DNA of 64,000 bases from Octopus vulgaris (lineage: Eukaryota), in NCBI GenBank assembly GCA_951406725.2, contig OX597835.1, forward strand, positions 13,516,001 to 13,580,000, in the 5' to 3' direction. Position numbers and translations under genes: made by a program. How positions within the stretch are numbered: position 1 is the first letter of the stretch; the number at the start of each line of letters is the position of its first letter. The notes under the pieces were generated by a model, which worked only from the letters and a program-made list of their open reading frames with translations, did not search any database and was not told the DNA's origin. Positions 42,461 to 54,962 of this stretch are shown in pieces.

Positions 42461-43709
42461 GACAGCTAAAGAAGAAGTATGTGGTCACAGCCAGACTCAG
42501 AAACCTACTTGCCCTTCACATCTTGTGGCAAGTGTCCCTTATTATTATTAATGCCAGTGAGCTGTTAGAATCATTAGTCTGCTGAACCAAATGCTTAGCA
42601 GCATTTCGACTGTCTTCACGTCCTGAGTTCAAATTCCACTGAGGTTGACTTTGCTTTTTGTATTTCGGGGTCAGTGAATTAGTTATTAGTCAAGCACTGG
42701 GGTCAATGTAATTGGTTAGCCCCTTCCCACAAAATTTCAGGCCCTGTGTGTATGGTAAAAAGGTTTGTTGTTGTTGTTATCATGTGACAAGGTTTAGAAA
42801 CAAATCTCCAATCTCAAGAGCCAATCAAAGGGTTCTTGCAGGATGAACGATACCAAATGAATGAATTTATCATCATTATCATCATCATCATTGTTTAACG
42901 TCCATCTTCCATTCTGGTGTGGGTTAGACAGTTTGATTGGGGGCTGGCAAGCCAGAAGGCTGCACCAGACTTCCGTGTCTGTTTTGGTATGGTTTTTACG
43001 ACTGGGTGCCCTTCCTAACACCAACCACCCTTGCAGAAAGGACTTACTGCTTTTTCCGTGGCACCAGCACAGTCAAGGTCAGTTTTGGTATGGGTTTTTA
43101 CAGCTGGACGCCCTTCCAAACACTGACCACTTTACAGTGTGGACTGGATGCTGATGGAAACTGTGAGAAGCCCATATGTGTTTGTGTGTGTGTGTTTGTT
43201 TGTTTTTGTCACCCCCACCGTTTTATAACTGGTGTTAGGACGTTTACATCCCTGCAACTTTGGCAGTTCCACAAGAAAGACCAAGAAAATACTTAAAAAA
43301 ACAAAATTTATACTAGGGTCACTTGATTAACCCTACAAGATGGTGCTCCAGCATGGCCACTGCAACAAGTAAAAGTATATGCATCATTTGGAGCATTGTT
43401 TCCAAGCAATCCTGTCTTTTATTCTCTTCCCCTTGCATAATGTATCTTGGAGTACATTATCCAAAAGTCCTTCATTTTTTTTTAAAGATGTTTGGATATG
43501 ATTTGAGGGAGATTTGGCTGCTATTTCTAGAAGCTCAAGCTGGTGTCTAATAGACTCCTTTCATTGATGTTAGAAATCTTTCTGAAGACATCAAACTGAA
43601 ATAATAAAAACTGGGGTAGATTACTTTGTTTGTTTGTTTTTAATGTGTTGTTTTGCAGTTAAGAGGGTGGGGTGGGGTGGGGGACATGAAGGTGAGAAGA
43701 GATGGTGAA

Positions 43710-43713
43710 GGAA

Positions 43714-43745
<32 letters not shown>

Positions 43746-44340
43746 AAGTGTATGTCAGTATGTGAGGGAGAAAGTGTGTATGTGTGTGTGTGGGAGAGAG
43801 AGAGAGAGAGAGAAAAAGTTTGTGTGTGTATGTGTGTGAAAGAGAGAGAGAGTGAGAAAGTGTATGTGAGTATGTGAGGGAGAAAGTGTGTATGTGTGTG
43901 TGGGAGAGAGAGAGAGTGAGAAAGTGTATGTGAGTGTGTGAGGGAGAAAGTGTGTATGTGTGTGTGGGAGAGAGAGAGAGAGAAAGTGTATGTCAGTATG
44001 TGAGGGAGAAAGTGTGTATGTGTGTGTGTGGGAGAGAGAGAGAGAGAGAGAAAAAGTTTGTGTGTGTGTGTGTGTGAAAGAGAGAGAGAGTGAGAAAGTG
44101 TATGTGAGTATGTGAGGGAGAAAGTGTGTATGTGTGTGTGGGAGAGAGAGAGAGTGAGAAAGTGTATGTGAGTGTGTGAGGGAGAAAGTGTGTTTGTGTA
44201 TGAGAGAGAGGGAGAGGGAAAGAAAAAGTGTGTGCAAGAGAGAAAAGGTGTTGTTGTGTGAGAGAGAGAGAGAGAGGGAGGGAGAGAAAGAGTGTGTGTG
44301 TGTGCAAGAGAGAAAAGGTGTGGGTATGTGTTAGAGAGAA
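43710..44340. repeat. (GA)/(GT) compound repeat with ~240-bp duplication
   Basis: aaagtgtatgtcagtatgtgagggag at ~43745 and ~43983. Confidence 0.85.
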
Positions 44341-45821
44341 TGTATTTGTGTGTGTGTATGATATTGTTCAGAATCATTTGTTGTCAAAGAAAATTGACAA
44401 TTTTAATTAACTGGCAGAAGAGAGAGAGAGAAATAAAAAGAGAAAAAGACAAGGAGAAAGAAAGAAAGAAAGGAAAAAAAAAAAGCAAAGGCAAGTAATT
44501 TCAGTCTGTAGAATTTTCCAGTTAATGCATGACATTCCGTGTTAATGGGATCTGGGTTTTGGTAAAGCAAGGCTTGTAGTTAGTCCCAGCAACCTATTCA
44601 CGAATGGGGGCGTGTACAGGTGGCTCTGTCAACACACACAAATGAATGGTTACTAAAGGAAACCACCTCCAGCACCAACAACAACAGCAATAACGACAAT
44701 AACGCTACCACCCATAGCAATAAACACATTTCTGTTTTTTTTTTTTTTTTTTGATTGAATGTAACTAAAATTAGGTCTTTTGGTGGTGGTGGTCGTGGTC
44801 GTGGCAGCGGCAGCTGTTGTTGCTGTTCTGTAATACATCTGTGTCTTGTTTCATTTCTTTGGTCCATTGATCAAGTAGAATTTCTATTCTATACAAAAAG
44901 AAAAATAAATAAATAAATAAATACAATAAAATAAAATACAATAAAATAAAATAAGCCAACTTGTGTCAGAATAAAAAGTTTCCATCTCAGCTATCACTGA
45001 CCTCACATTTTCACTCCGCTGTAAAGACAGTTGTTTTCTTGTTGAAACCAAAATGCCCAGCTCTGTAACACAAATTAATTTTTCACATTGCTTCAAGGTT
45101 GTTTATTGTATTATATTTTTTTTTTTATGTTTAGTCATTCGTTTGTTATTTTTTAATCCAACCCTGTTGTTCTCAACTGTTTTTTTTTTTTTTTGTCTGT
45201 GGACCTTTTTGATTCTTATTCTGTTCGACTGGGTCCCCATGGCCAATTGAAGTTTTAAAAAAATCCCATTATATTTCTATAATTAAATGTTATTGTGAAT
45301 TCTTAGACCCTTTAGCATTCAGGTTCTTCTGTCAAGTAAAATGCTTATTTATTTAAATTGGTTTGAAATAATCATGCATTATGTCACCGCTTATCATCAT
45401 CATCATCACCATTTAATGTTCATTGTCCACGCCGGCATGGGTTTGACAATTTGACCAAGGCTGGAAAGCTGCGCCAGACTCCAGTCTGATTTAGCATGGT
45501 TTTCTACAGCTGGATGCCCTTCTTAATACCAACCTATCCAAGAGTGTGACGAGTGCTTTTACATGTCACTGGCACAGGGGCCATTTGCGTGACACCAGTA
45601 ACTGCCACGACTACAATTTCACTTGGCTTCATGGCTCTTCTGCTCAAGCATGACATAATGCCAAAGGTTAAATTTTAAAATATATTTTTAAAATGACATT
45701 GTATGGCAGGTGTGAGAAGCAGGATCTGGCCAGTTTGAACATGAAACATGTGGAATATTTAGGATTGATATGACTAGTTTAAACGCTAAACGGTTAAAAA
45801 AATTATTTTTAAGAGATATTG

Positions 45822-46181
45822 ACGGATATTTGTCCTCATCTTGTTTGTTGTTAACACAACATTTTGGCTGATATACCCTCCAGCTTTCTTCAGGTGTCTT
45901 GGGGAAATTTCAAACCTGGGTTCTCATTCCCAAGGTATTTTTCGATATTATTATTATTATTGTTCGGGCATATGGCATAGTGGTTAAGAGCACGGACTAC
46001 GAGCCCCAAGATTCCGAGTTCGATTCCAAGTAGTGACCTGAACAATAATAATGATATCGAAAAATACCTTAAGAAATGAGAACTCAGGTTCGAAATTTCC
46101 CCAAGACACCTGAAGAAGGCTGGAGGGTATATCAGCCGAAACGTTGTATTAACAACAAACAAGATGAGGACAAATATTCGT
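45822..46181. mobile_element. Fold-back element: ~143-bp inverted arms with hammerhead-like motifs around a 74-nt tRNA-like core
   Basis: 45822-45965 is the near reverse complement of 46040-46181. The core 45966-46039 has an A-box TGGCATAGTGG and a B-box GAGTTCGATTCC. Confidence 0.8.
46105..46150 (+). ncRNA. Minimal type I hammerhead ribozyme-like motif
   Basis: gacac CTGAAGA a ggctg-gagggtatat-cagcc GAAA cg TT gtatt: conserved boxes, 5-bp stem II and palindromic ACGT stem III. Stem I reads gacac/gtgtt in the opposite arm. Confidence 0.65.
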
Positions 46182-46647
46182 GAAATGTAAATAATGCTTA
46201 AAAAGTTGTTCAAACATTTTATGTATTGTAAAAATATAACAATTTTATTGCACATAATTTTTAACAACAAAATCTTATGCGAACCCCAAAAGGTCATATG
46301 GACCCTGGTTGAGAAGCACTGATCTAATTCATACTAACCTGGGTTAGATAATTCTCAACCACATGGTTCCAGTTTCAATCTCACTGTGTGGCACCTTAGG
46401 CAAATGTCTTCTACGATAGCTTGTGGATTTGGTAGGCAGAAACTGAAAGAAGCTCATCGTGTCTGTGTGTGGGGGTAGTTGTCCTTCCTTTCTCCCAATC
46501 ACTGCTTGACAACCAGTGTTGGTGTGTTTATGTCCCCGTAACTCAGCAGTTATATATATATAATTTATATTATTATATGATTGAATGCCACACATCCTCT
46601 TCCAAATAAGTGTATATATATATATATACATATATATACACAAACAC

Positions 46648-46696
<49 letters not shown>

Positions 46697-48123
46697 CACA
46701 AACATGTTTGCAAAGAATTATTGAAGCTGATTTGAAAAAAAAAAGATTTTATAGGAATTTTTAAAATTTTATTTAACTGATTGAATTCCAAACTCTCTGT
46801 TGTCAGCAATCACTCAAGTAACGGTAATGCTGGAAGTATATAAACTGTACTTATTTTCGACATCACAGACCTTGCAGCATGTTAGATGAAGAAATTATTG
46901 AACTCCAACCTATCCCATTTATCAATCACATTTGCTTACTATTTTCCCATCACATTCAGACTTTAAATACAATATCTAAGAGTTTCATCTGCCATCTTTC
47001 TGCATTTACATTCATGTTTGGCGTCACTGAAAACAAAGGTGTTAAATTTACTGTTCTATCCCCAAGTTGGGGCCCCATGAACTGCTTTTCTCATTCTATC
47101 TCACCTTTGATCACATTCTGTTTTTCTTTGTTTCTTTTTCTTTTTCCTCTTTTCTTTTTTCTTGTACATTTGCAGAATCTATCAGCTGTCATGTTTTCTT
47201 TCCGATCACAAAAGCATCTTTGTTTAAATTCTATGTTTAATAATCTAAGATTATCGCAAAATCTAAATTCTATACTGATTCGTGCTAAATTTGCCACATT
47301 CTTATAAGTTCACATGTTGAGAATAAAAGAATGGAAGAATACAAGAATAAAAGAGCATCAGTTTTTGAGCATGTCAGTAAAAGCAGCCGAAATTATTTAC
47401 AAACGCTATCGTGTAAGAACCGTGAAATATTTCCAAAGTAAAATTACTAAGTTTGGTGAGAATGATGCCAAAGTAGCCAACTTGGAATTCTAAAGACATT
47501 TGACTATCTTCTGACTATTAATGAATCTTGCCTTTTGTGTTTCTACATTTGGTGGTTCCATTCTTTGATTATTTTCAAAGAAGCATATCTATTTGGTGGG
47601 CTTGAACAGAACTAATATTATTGGTAACCATTGTTTTACTGGATTATGGTTGAATGCATTGGAAGCGCAGGCATCACGAATAAAACTTCTAAGTTCAAAG
47701 TTCATCAAGGGATATATATATATTTATATATAGATAGATATAGATAGATATAGATAGATATAGATATATATAGATATATATATTCATTCATTCATTCAAG
47801 CATACAGACACTGGTGTGTGTGTGTGCATATGTGTATACATACGTGTATGTTTATATGTTTGTGTCTTTGTGTGTGTGTGTGTGTGTATATATGTATATA
47901 TACATCATTGTCATCAATATTTTGTCATATATTTTGGAAATATTTTGTGTCTATATGTGTGTGTGTGTGTATATATATATAAATATATATATACACACAC
48001 ACATAAACATGCATATATATATATATATATACACACATACTTATGCATACATACATATGTTTGTGTATGCATTTATATATATATATATACATACACATAC
48101 TTATGCATATATATGTTTGTGTA

Positions 48124-48166
<43 letters not shown>

Positions 48167-48874
48167 TTGTATATGCATATAAATATATATACATGCATAT
48201 GTATACGCACACACACACACACACTTACATGTGTATCCCTATAAAACAATTACATTATTGTGTTCGAATCACAATGAGCATTTGAGAGCCACAACCAAGT
48301 CTCTCCATTCTGTTGTTCCACGTCAACAGCACCTGACTCCAACTCCATTGTCCATTGCATCTCAATACCTCTTTCACAAAATACCACAAAACTGGCCACA
48401 ATGGGCTTTAGCAATAGTCTTTGTGGGTCTTCAATGGCTCTAGGGGATCTGGCATGATGTAATTGTTCTAGCGCTCCCTCCACCTTGCAGTCTCGGATAA
48501 AAATCCCTTGTTAAATTACTCCTACCCTGATGTATGTCTATCTGTGTGTCTACTTAAGAGGTTTGTTTCAGAGCCACGCAGCTGCCTGGTACTTTTGCTA
48601 AGTGTATTTTCTGGTGTAGAAGAATTCAGGCTCACCGATCCCATGTCAGTTGAATGTTTGAATTGGATAGATAGCAAATGTTCACAAGCCGGCCAGATAC
48701 ATGATGCATACGTGTGTGTGTGTGTGTGTGTGTGTGTATCAAAGTGAACTCAAAAAAGAGCAGCAATGTTGAACTTGCTCCTTCACCAAAAGCCAGTCAC
48801 ATAAGATTAGTCATTGAAATGGTAATTACAGTGCAGTGCTCCAGTGTGGCTACAGCCTTGGGTCTGAAGTGTAT

Positions 48875-48910
<36 letters not shown>

Positions 48911-49477
48911 TTACAAATACTGTTGTTTGTTGAGACTTATTTTTGTAGTAAAAGAAATAGTAGCCCTTTGACTGCTATTTCTAATATTTTCAGTATGTGG
49001 TTTAAGCAACTTGTTGCAAAAAACCCTTATTATTATAATTATATAAATTTCTACCGAATATGGTTTTTTTCCATACCGAAATACTACTAGGTGAAATTTA
49101 TTGATTTTATTAAATTAATTATATTTCACTTATCTGTATGTATATATATATATATAGAAGTAAATATATGGTACAACGAAGTACCGATATTTACTGGAAA
49201 ATAGCGAACGTAATAAATACGACGCTAATGTATAGCTTCACCGCGTATGTACTAGCAAAAATGCGTGTGTGCAACAAACTTGAAAAAAATTGTCTTACCT
49301 CCAGGGAGAACATCTGAAAGATGAAATACCTAGAAAGGGATAATGTGGTACCAGTTTCAGATTTTTCAAGATATGTCTGCACACATATACTTGATTTATC
49401 TTCATCAGCCAACATATACCTCGACAACATTTCAAATGTTGCCGCATCAATGCCAATACACACGTACACACATCCAC

Positions 49478-51100
49478 ACATCATCATCATCGTTTAACGT
49501 CCGTTTTCCATGCTGGCATAGGCTGGGCAGTTCAACTGGGGTCTGGGAAGCCAGGAGGCTGCCACGGGCTCCTGTTTGATCTGGCAATGTTTCTACCGCT
49601 GGATGCCCTTCCTAATGCCAACTACTCCAAGAGTGTATTGGGTGCTTTTTTTATGTACCACCGGCACAGGGGCCAGATGGGGCTGGCATCGACCATGATC
49701 GGATGGTTCTTTTTACGTGTTACCAGCATGGGGACCACAGCTATAATTTCCATTTGATTTGACTTGACTTTGATGCACTTGCCTCAATAGATCTCCTCAA
49801 GCATGGCATGTTGCCCTACAATCCAAGGTACTTATGTGTAGGTTACTGGTGTAGGTTACAGCTGTAGACTCACTTTATTTGCCGGGTCTTCTCAGTCACA
49901 GCATATCTCCAGAGGTCTTGGTTTTTTGTCATTGCCTCTGTGAGGTCCAACATGCAACGGCCATGCTCCACCACTTCATCCTCTGTCTTTCTGGGTCTCT
50001 CTCTATCCCGGATTCCTTCCACTGTTTGAGAGTGGCACTTCTTCACACATCTCTCCTCATCCATCTGTAGTACATGACCATACCAGCACAGGCGTCTCTC
50101 TTGCACGCCACATCCGATGCTCCTTATGTCCAACATTTCTCTCAAGGTGCTTACACTCTGTTGTATGTGCACACTGACATTACACATCCAGCAGATCATG
50201 CTAGCTTCATTTCTTTCAAGCCTACGCATGTCCTCTGCAGTCACAGCCCACGTTTCACTACCATGAAGCATGGTAATTTGCACACATGCGTTGTACAATC
50301 TACTTTTCACTCTGAGCAATAGGGATAGGAGCTTTCTAAACTTTGCCCAGGCTATTCTTATTCTAGTGATAACATTCTCTGAGCATCTACCCCCACTACA
50401 AACTTGGTCACCTAGGTAATGGAAGCTATCAACTACATCTAGTTTCTCCCCATGGCATGTGATGGAATCTGTTTTCTGAGCATCCATGGTGTTTATTGCC
50501 CCTGTGCATCTGCTATACATGAAAGCTATCTTCCTGGTTAATCTTCCTTTGATGTTGCTGCACCTCTTATGTGTCCATAGCTTACACTGAGTACATCTTA
50601 TGGAGTTTCTACCTACACCTTTTCTACTGATCGAGCAGGGCTACCTACCTGAAGGGGTGTGTGATGTGTTCGCCTTCCTACTTACTAGACTCCATCATGA
50701 ACTACCTGGTTTACAATACAGGTGACCAGGCCATAGCCCACTCCACCAGATGTTCTAAGCATCTCAGCACTGATTCCTGATGGGCCGGAGGCTTTTCCTG
50801 GTTTCATACCCTTAATTGCTTTATCTACCAGGGTGCCTTCTATTCGGATAGCTGGTCCCTCTGCTGGATCAACATTTAGCAGGCTCTCCCTCTCCCATTC
50901 ATTCTCCACATTCAGCAGTCTTTCATAATGGCTTCTCCAAGCCTCTTTCTTTTCCAAATCATTAAAAGCAAGTGAACCATCATCCATGCGGACACATTTC
51001 TCTCCTGTGATATCACATTTTTCTCTGTTACACTGTCTTGCAATCCAAAATACTTCAGTTCTTTGGTCCTCATGTCGCTGGACATTGGCAGACTTCTTCT
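49478..51100 (-). mobile_element. RTE-clade LINE remnant, internally deleted, with 3' UTR and (GAT)n tail
   Basis: Minus-strand translation gives VDKAIKGMKPGKASGPSGISAEML (pre-RT) joined at ~50685 to the late RT/C-terminal part VVDSFHYLGD...RIRIAWAKFRKL...MLHGSETW...RRLCWYGHVLQM. The stop is at 49870 and the tail at ~49478-49490. Confidence 0.92.
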
Positions 51101-51123
51101 TTATATATTTACATATATATATT

Positions 51124-51245
<122 letters not shown>

Positions 51246-51264
51246 AATATATATATATATATAT

Positions 51265-51321
<57 letters not shown>

Positions 51322-51335
51322 AATATATATATTAG

Positions 51336-52343
51336 ACACAACAGACACTCAGAAAACAGATTCCATCACACTCCAGGGAGAGAAACTAGAAGTAGTTGAT
51401 AGTTTCCGCTACCTGGGAGACCAAGTTAGTAGCGGAGGTGGATGCACAGAGAGTATCACCACTAGAATACGAATAGCCTGGGCAAAGTTCAGAAAGCTCC
51501 TACCCCTACTGGCAACAAAAGGCCTCTCCCTCAGAGCAAAAGGTAGATTGTATGATGCATGTGTGCGAACTGCCATGCTTCATGGTAATGAAACATGGGC
51601 TGTGACTGCAGAAGACATGCGTAGACTTGAAAGAAATGAAGCTAGCATGATCCGCTGGATGTGTAGTGTCAGTGTGCACGCAAAACAGAGTGTAAGTATC
51701 CTGAGAGAAATGCTGGATATAAGAAGCATCAGATGTGGTGTGCAAGAGCGACGCTTGCGATGGTATGGTCATGTGCTGCGGATGGATGAAGAGAGATGTG
51801 TGAAGAAGTGCCACTCCCAAACAGTTGAAGGTATCAGGGGGAGAGGTAGACCCAGGAAGACATGGGATGAGGTGGTCAAGCATGACCTCAGAGCATTGGG
51901 CCTCACTGAGGCAATGGCGAAGGACCGAGATCTCTGGAGATATGCTGTGACTACAAAGACCCGGGCTGCTTTCTGCAGCAATTCCACATACCCCCTACCC
52001 ATTCTAAGTACCCCGGATCCCCAAAGTACCCTGGATCCCCAAAGTACCCCGATCCCCAAAGTACCCCGGACCTCATTGCCCCCGTGCCGCTGACACGTTA
52101 AAATGCTCGAACCGATCGTGACGATGCCGGACCCTCCGGCCCCTGTGCAGGTGGCACGTAGAAAGCACCCAATCCACTCACGGAGTGGTTGGCGTTAGGA
52201 AGGGCATCCAGCCGTAGAAACTCTGCCAGATTCAGACTGGAGCCTGGAGCGGCCCCTGGCTTCCCAGACCCGGTCAAACCGTCCAACCCGTGCTAGCGCG
52301 GAAAGCGGACGTTAAACGATGATGATGATGATGATGATGATGA
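51336..52343 (+). mobile_element. 5'-truncated RTE-clade LINE (C-terminal ORF part, 3' UTR, (GAT)n tail)
   Basis: [18 protein letters not shown]...RLYDACVRTAMLHGNETW...RRLRWYGHVLRMDEERCVKK...GRGRPRKTW in an uninterrupted frame. It ends ...gaaagcggacgttaaac(gat)n. Confidence 0.93.
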
Positions 52344-52390
52344 TATATACACACACACACACAAATATATATATATATATATACACACAC

Positions 52391-52495
<105 letters not shown>

Positions 52496-52567
52496 AATAT
52501 ATATATATACACACACACAAATATATATATACATATGTAATCTATGTATGTATACAAACAGCATGAC

Positions 52568-52598
<31 letters not shown>

Positions 52599-53571
52599 GT
52601 TGCGGTTATGTGCACACACTACACGTGTCATTGACTTTACTATGTATATCCCACCAGCCATTTTTATTATACTAAGTATTCCAACCTGGACCCTCCATCC
52701 ACACTGTGCAACAGGCTAGATTTTAGCTTGTTAATTCTTCGCATTCTTTACAATCTCTGTAATTTGTTACTTCCTGACCATTCTTTGATCTCACTTCTCT
52801 CTTATGTCATTCCTACTCCTCTTCTGCCTCACCATGTCTATACTGTATGTTTGCTGCAAGTGTTATTGCGAGGATGTTCCCTTGTTCGTCGCCCCCCTCC
52901 TCAGCCTGCATTTTCACTTATCTTCCTGTCTCACTTGACCCGCATCTTGCGACAAACTTCAACCACCCTTCCTCAAGCTTTACTTCCTCCGAGTTGCCGT
53001 ACTATTCAGTCCACTTACCACACAATTCCCACAAGATTGGTTTCAAATTTTGGCACATGGCCGGCAATATTATGGAGGAATGGGTGATGAATTGATGACA
53101 CTGACACCAGTACTCAACTGGTCCTTAGTTTACCGACCCTGAAAGGGATGAAAGGCAATGTGGACCTTGGCAGAATTTGAACTTGGAACATCAGACAGAC
53201 GAAGTTTTCTGGGACTTAAGGTGTTGATTTCCCTCAATAGAAATAGTAGCCCTTTGACTGCTATTTCTAATATTTTTGGTATGTGGTTTAAGCAACTTGT
53301 TGCAAAAAACCCTTATTATTATAATTATATAATTTCTACCGAATATGGTCCTTTTCCATCACTTGACACCCAGTTCACACCTCCTCCCCTACCACTTATC
53401 CCAGTTCCCACTATATGGCTTTGAATAAAGGTCTAAAAAACCCTTCTGCTAGAAATATATCCACAAAACCGCTTTTCCCAGCATATGAACCAGACATTTC
53501 ATATTACATATGTCATTCTTTGGGATCAAAATCCTTGTCTGTTTTTCCTTTAGTTCTGTAATTCAGTCCAG

Positions 53572-53964
53572 TGGAGGCGCAATGGCACAGTGGTTAGGGC
53601 AGCGGACTCGTGGTCATAGGATCGCGGTTTCGATTCCCAGACCGGGCGTTGTGAGTGTTTATTGGGCGAAAACACCTAAAAAAAAAGCTCCACGAGGCTC
53701 CAGCAGGGGATGGTGGTGATCCCTGCTGTACTCTTTCACCACAACTTTCTCTCACTCTTACTTCCTGTTTCTGTTGTACCTGTATTTCAAAGGGCCGGCC
53801 TTGTCACTCTCTGTGTCACGCTGAATATCCCCGAGAACTACGTTAAGGGTGCACGTGTCTCTGGAGTGCTCAGCCACTTACACGTTAATTTCACGAGCAG
53901 GCTGTTCCGTTGATTCGGATCAACCGGAACCCTCATCGTTGTAACTATCGGAGTGCTTCCATCC
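53572..53964 (+). mobile_element. tRNA-derived SINE family C with 12-bp TSD
   Basis: A-box TGGCACAGTGG, B-box GGTTTCGATTCCC; AATTCAGTCCAG at 53560-53571 and 53965-53976. Confidence 0.88.
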
Positions 53965-54124
53965 AATTCAGTCCAGCACTATTCCTACTCCCTACTTGCC
54001 TAGAAGTTAGCTTTCAGATGCTTTTATGCTTCTGTGGTTCTTATTACATTATAAGATCCTGAACCCTTTGATGCCAATCCACCTGTGACCACCCCTGCTT
54101 TATTGATACAAACTTCCTATTTTA

Positions 54125-54345
54125 ACCCATTAGCATTCAGATTACTCCGTCAAATTCGATGTTTATTTATTTGCATTGTTTTGGATTATTCTTGCATTGT
54201 CTTGTAGCTTCATGATTTCAAATGATGTGGTTGTTTACATGTACAAAGACATTGTAGGGTAGGTGTGAGAAGCCAGATCTGGTTGGTTTCAACTTAAAAC
54301 AGAATCAATATCCAGACCAGTTTAAATGACAAAGAGTTGAAGGGT
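54125..54345. mobile_element. Second TTAA-type MITE family
   Basis: Begins TTAA-CCCATTAGCATTCAG. A related copy, split by an RTE tail, spans 45308-45797 (ccctttagcattcagg...gctaaacggttaa). Confidence 0.55.
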
Positions 54346-54374
54346 TAAAATTGAAACCTTCCACCAAAATTCCA

Positions 54375-54582
54375 TTCTTTTATTCTTTTACTAGCTTCAG
54401 TCATTTGACTGCGGCCATGCTGGAGCACCACCTTTAGTTGAACAAATCGACACCAGGACTTATTCTTTGTAATCCTAATACTTGTTCTATTGGGCCCTTT
54501 TACCGAACTGCTAAGTTACGGGGATGTAAACACGCCAATATCGGTTGTCAAGCAATGGTAGGGGGAAAAAACACTCACACAA

Positions 54583-54637
<55 letters not shown>

Positions 54638-54712
54638 CACATACACACACATATATACGTATACACACACATATATATATACACACATATATATATACAC
54701 ACACATACATAC

Positions 54713-54797
<85 letters not shown>

Positions 54798-54810
54798 GAC
54801 AGACAGACAG

Positions 54811-54841
<31 letters not shown>

Positions 54842-54962
54842 CAATGGGCTAAGGCTTTGGTTGGCCCAAGGCTATAGTAAAAGACACTTGCCTAAGGTAC
54901 CACACAGTGGGACTGAACCGGAAACCATGTGGTTGAGAAGCAAGCTTCTTACCACACAGCCT
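54375..54962 (-). mobile_element. SINE family A with a greatly expanded internal microsatellite
   Basis: 3' half 54375-54580 and 5' half 54845-54962 are separated by ~260 bp of (TA)/(CA) repeats. Confidence 0.8.

Noticed and set aside
45966-46039. Functional tRNA gene
   Set aside because: A and B boxes are present but the acceptor, anticodon and T stems pair poorly; treated as a tRNA-derived core.
46860-47640. Possible decayed transposase or exon
   Set aside because: No convincing motif or sustained frame on either strand.
49385-49412. Minus-strand CTGATGA-a-gat-aa-atc resembling a hammerhead start
   Set aside because: No GAAA box or stem I partner follows.
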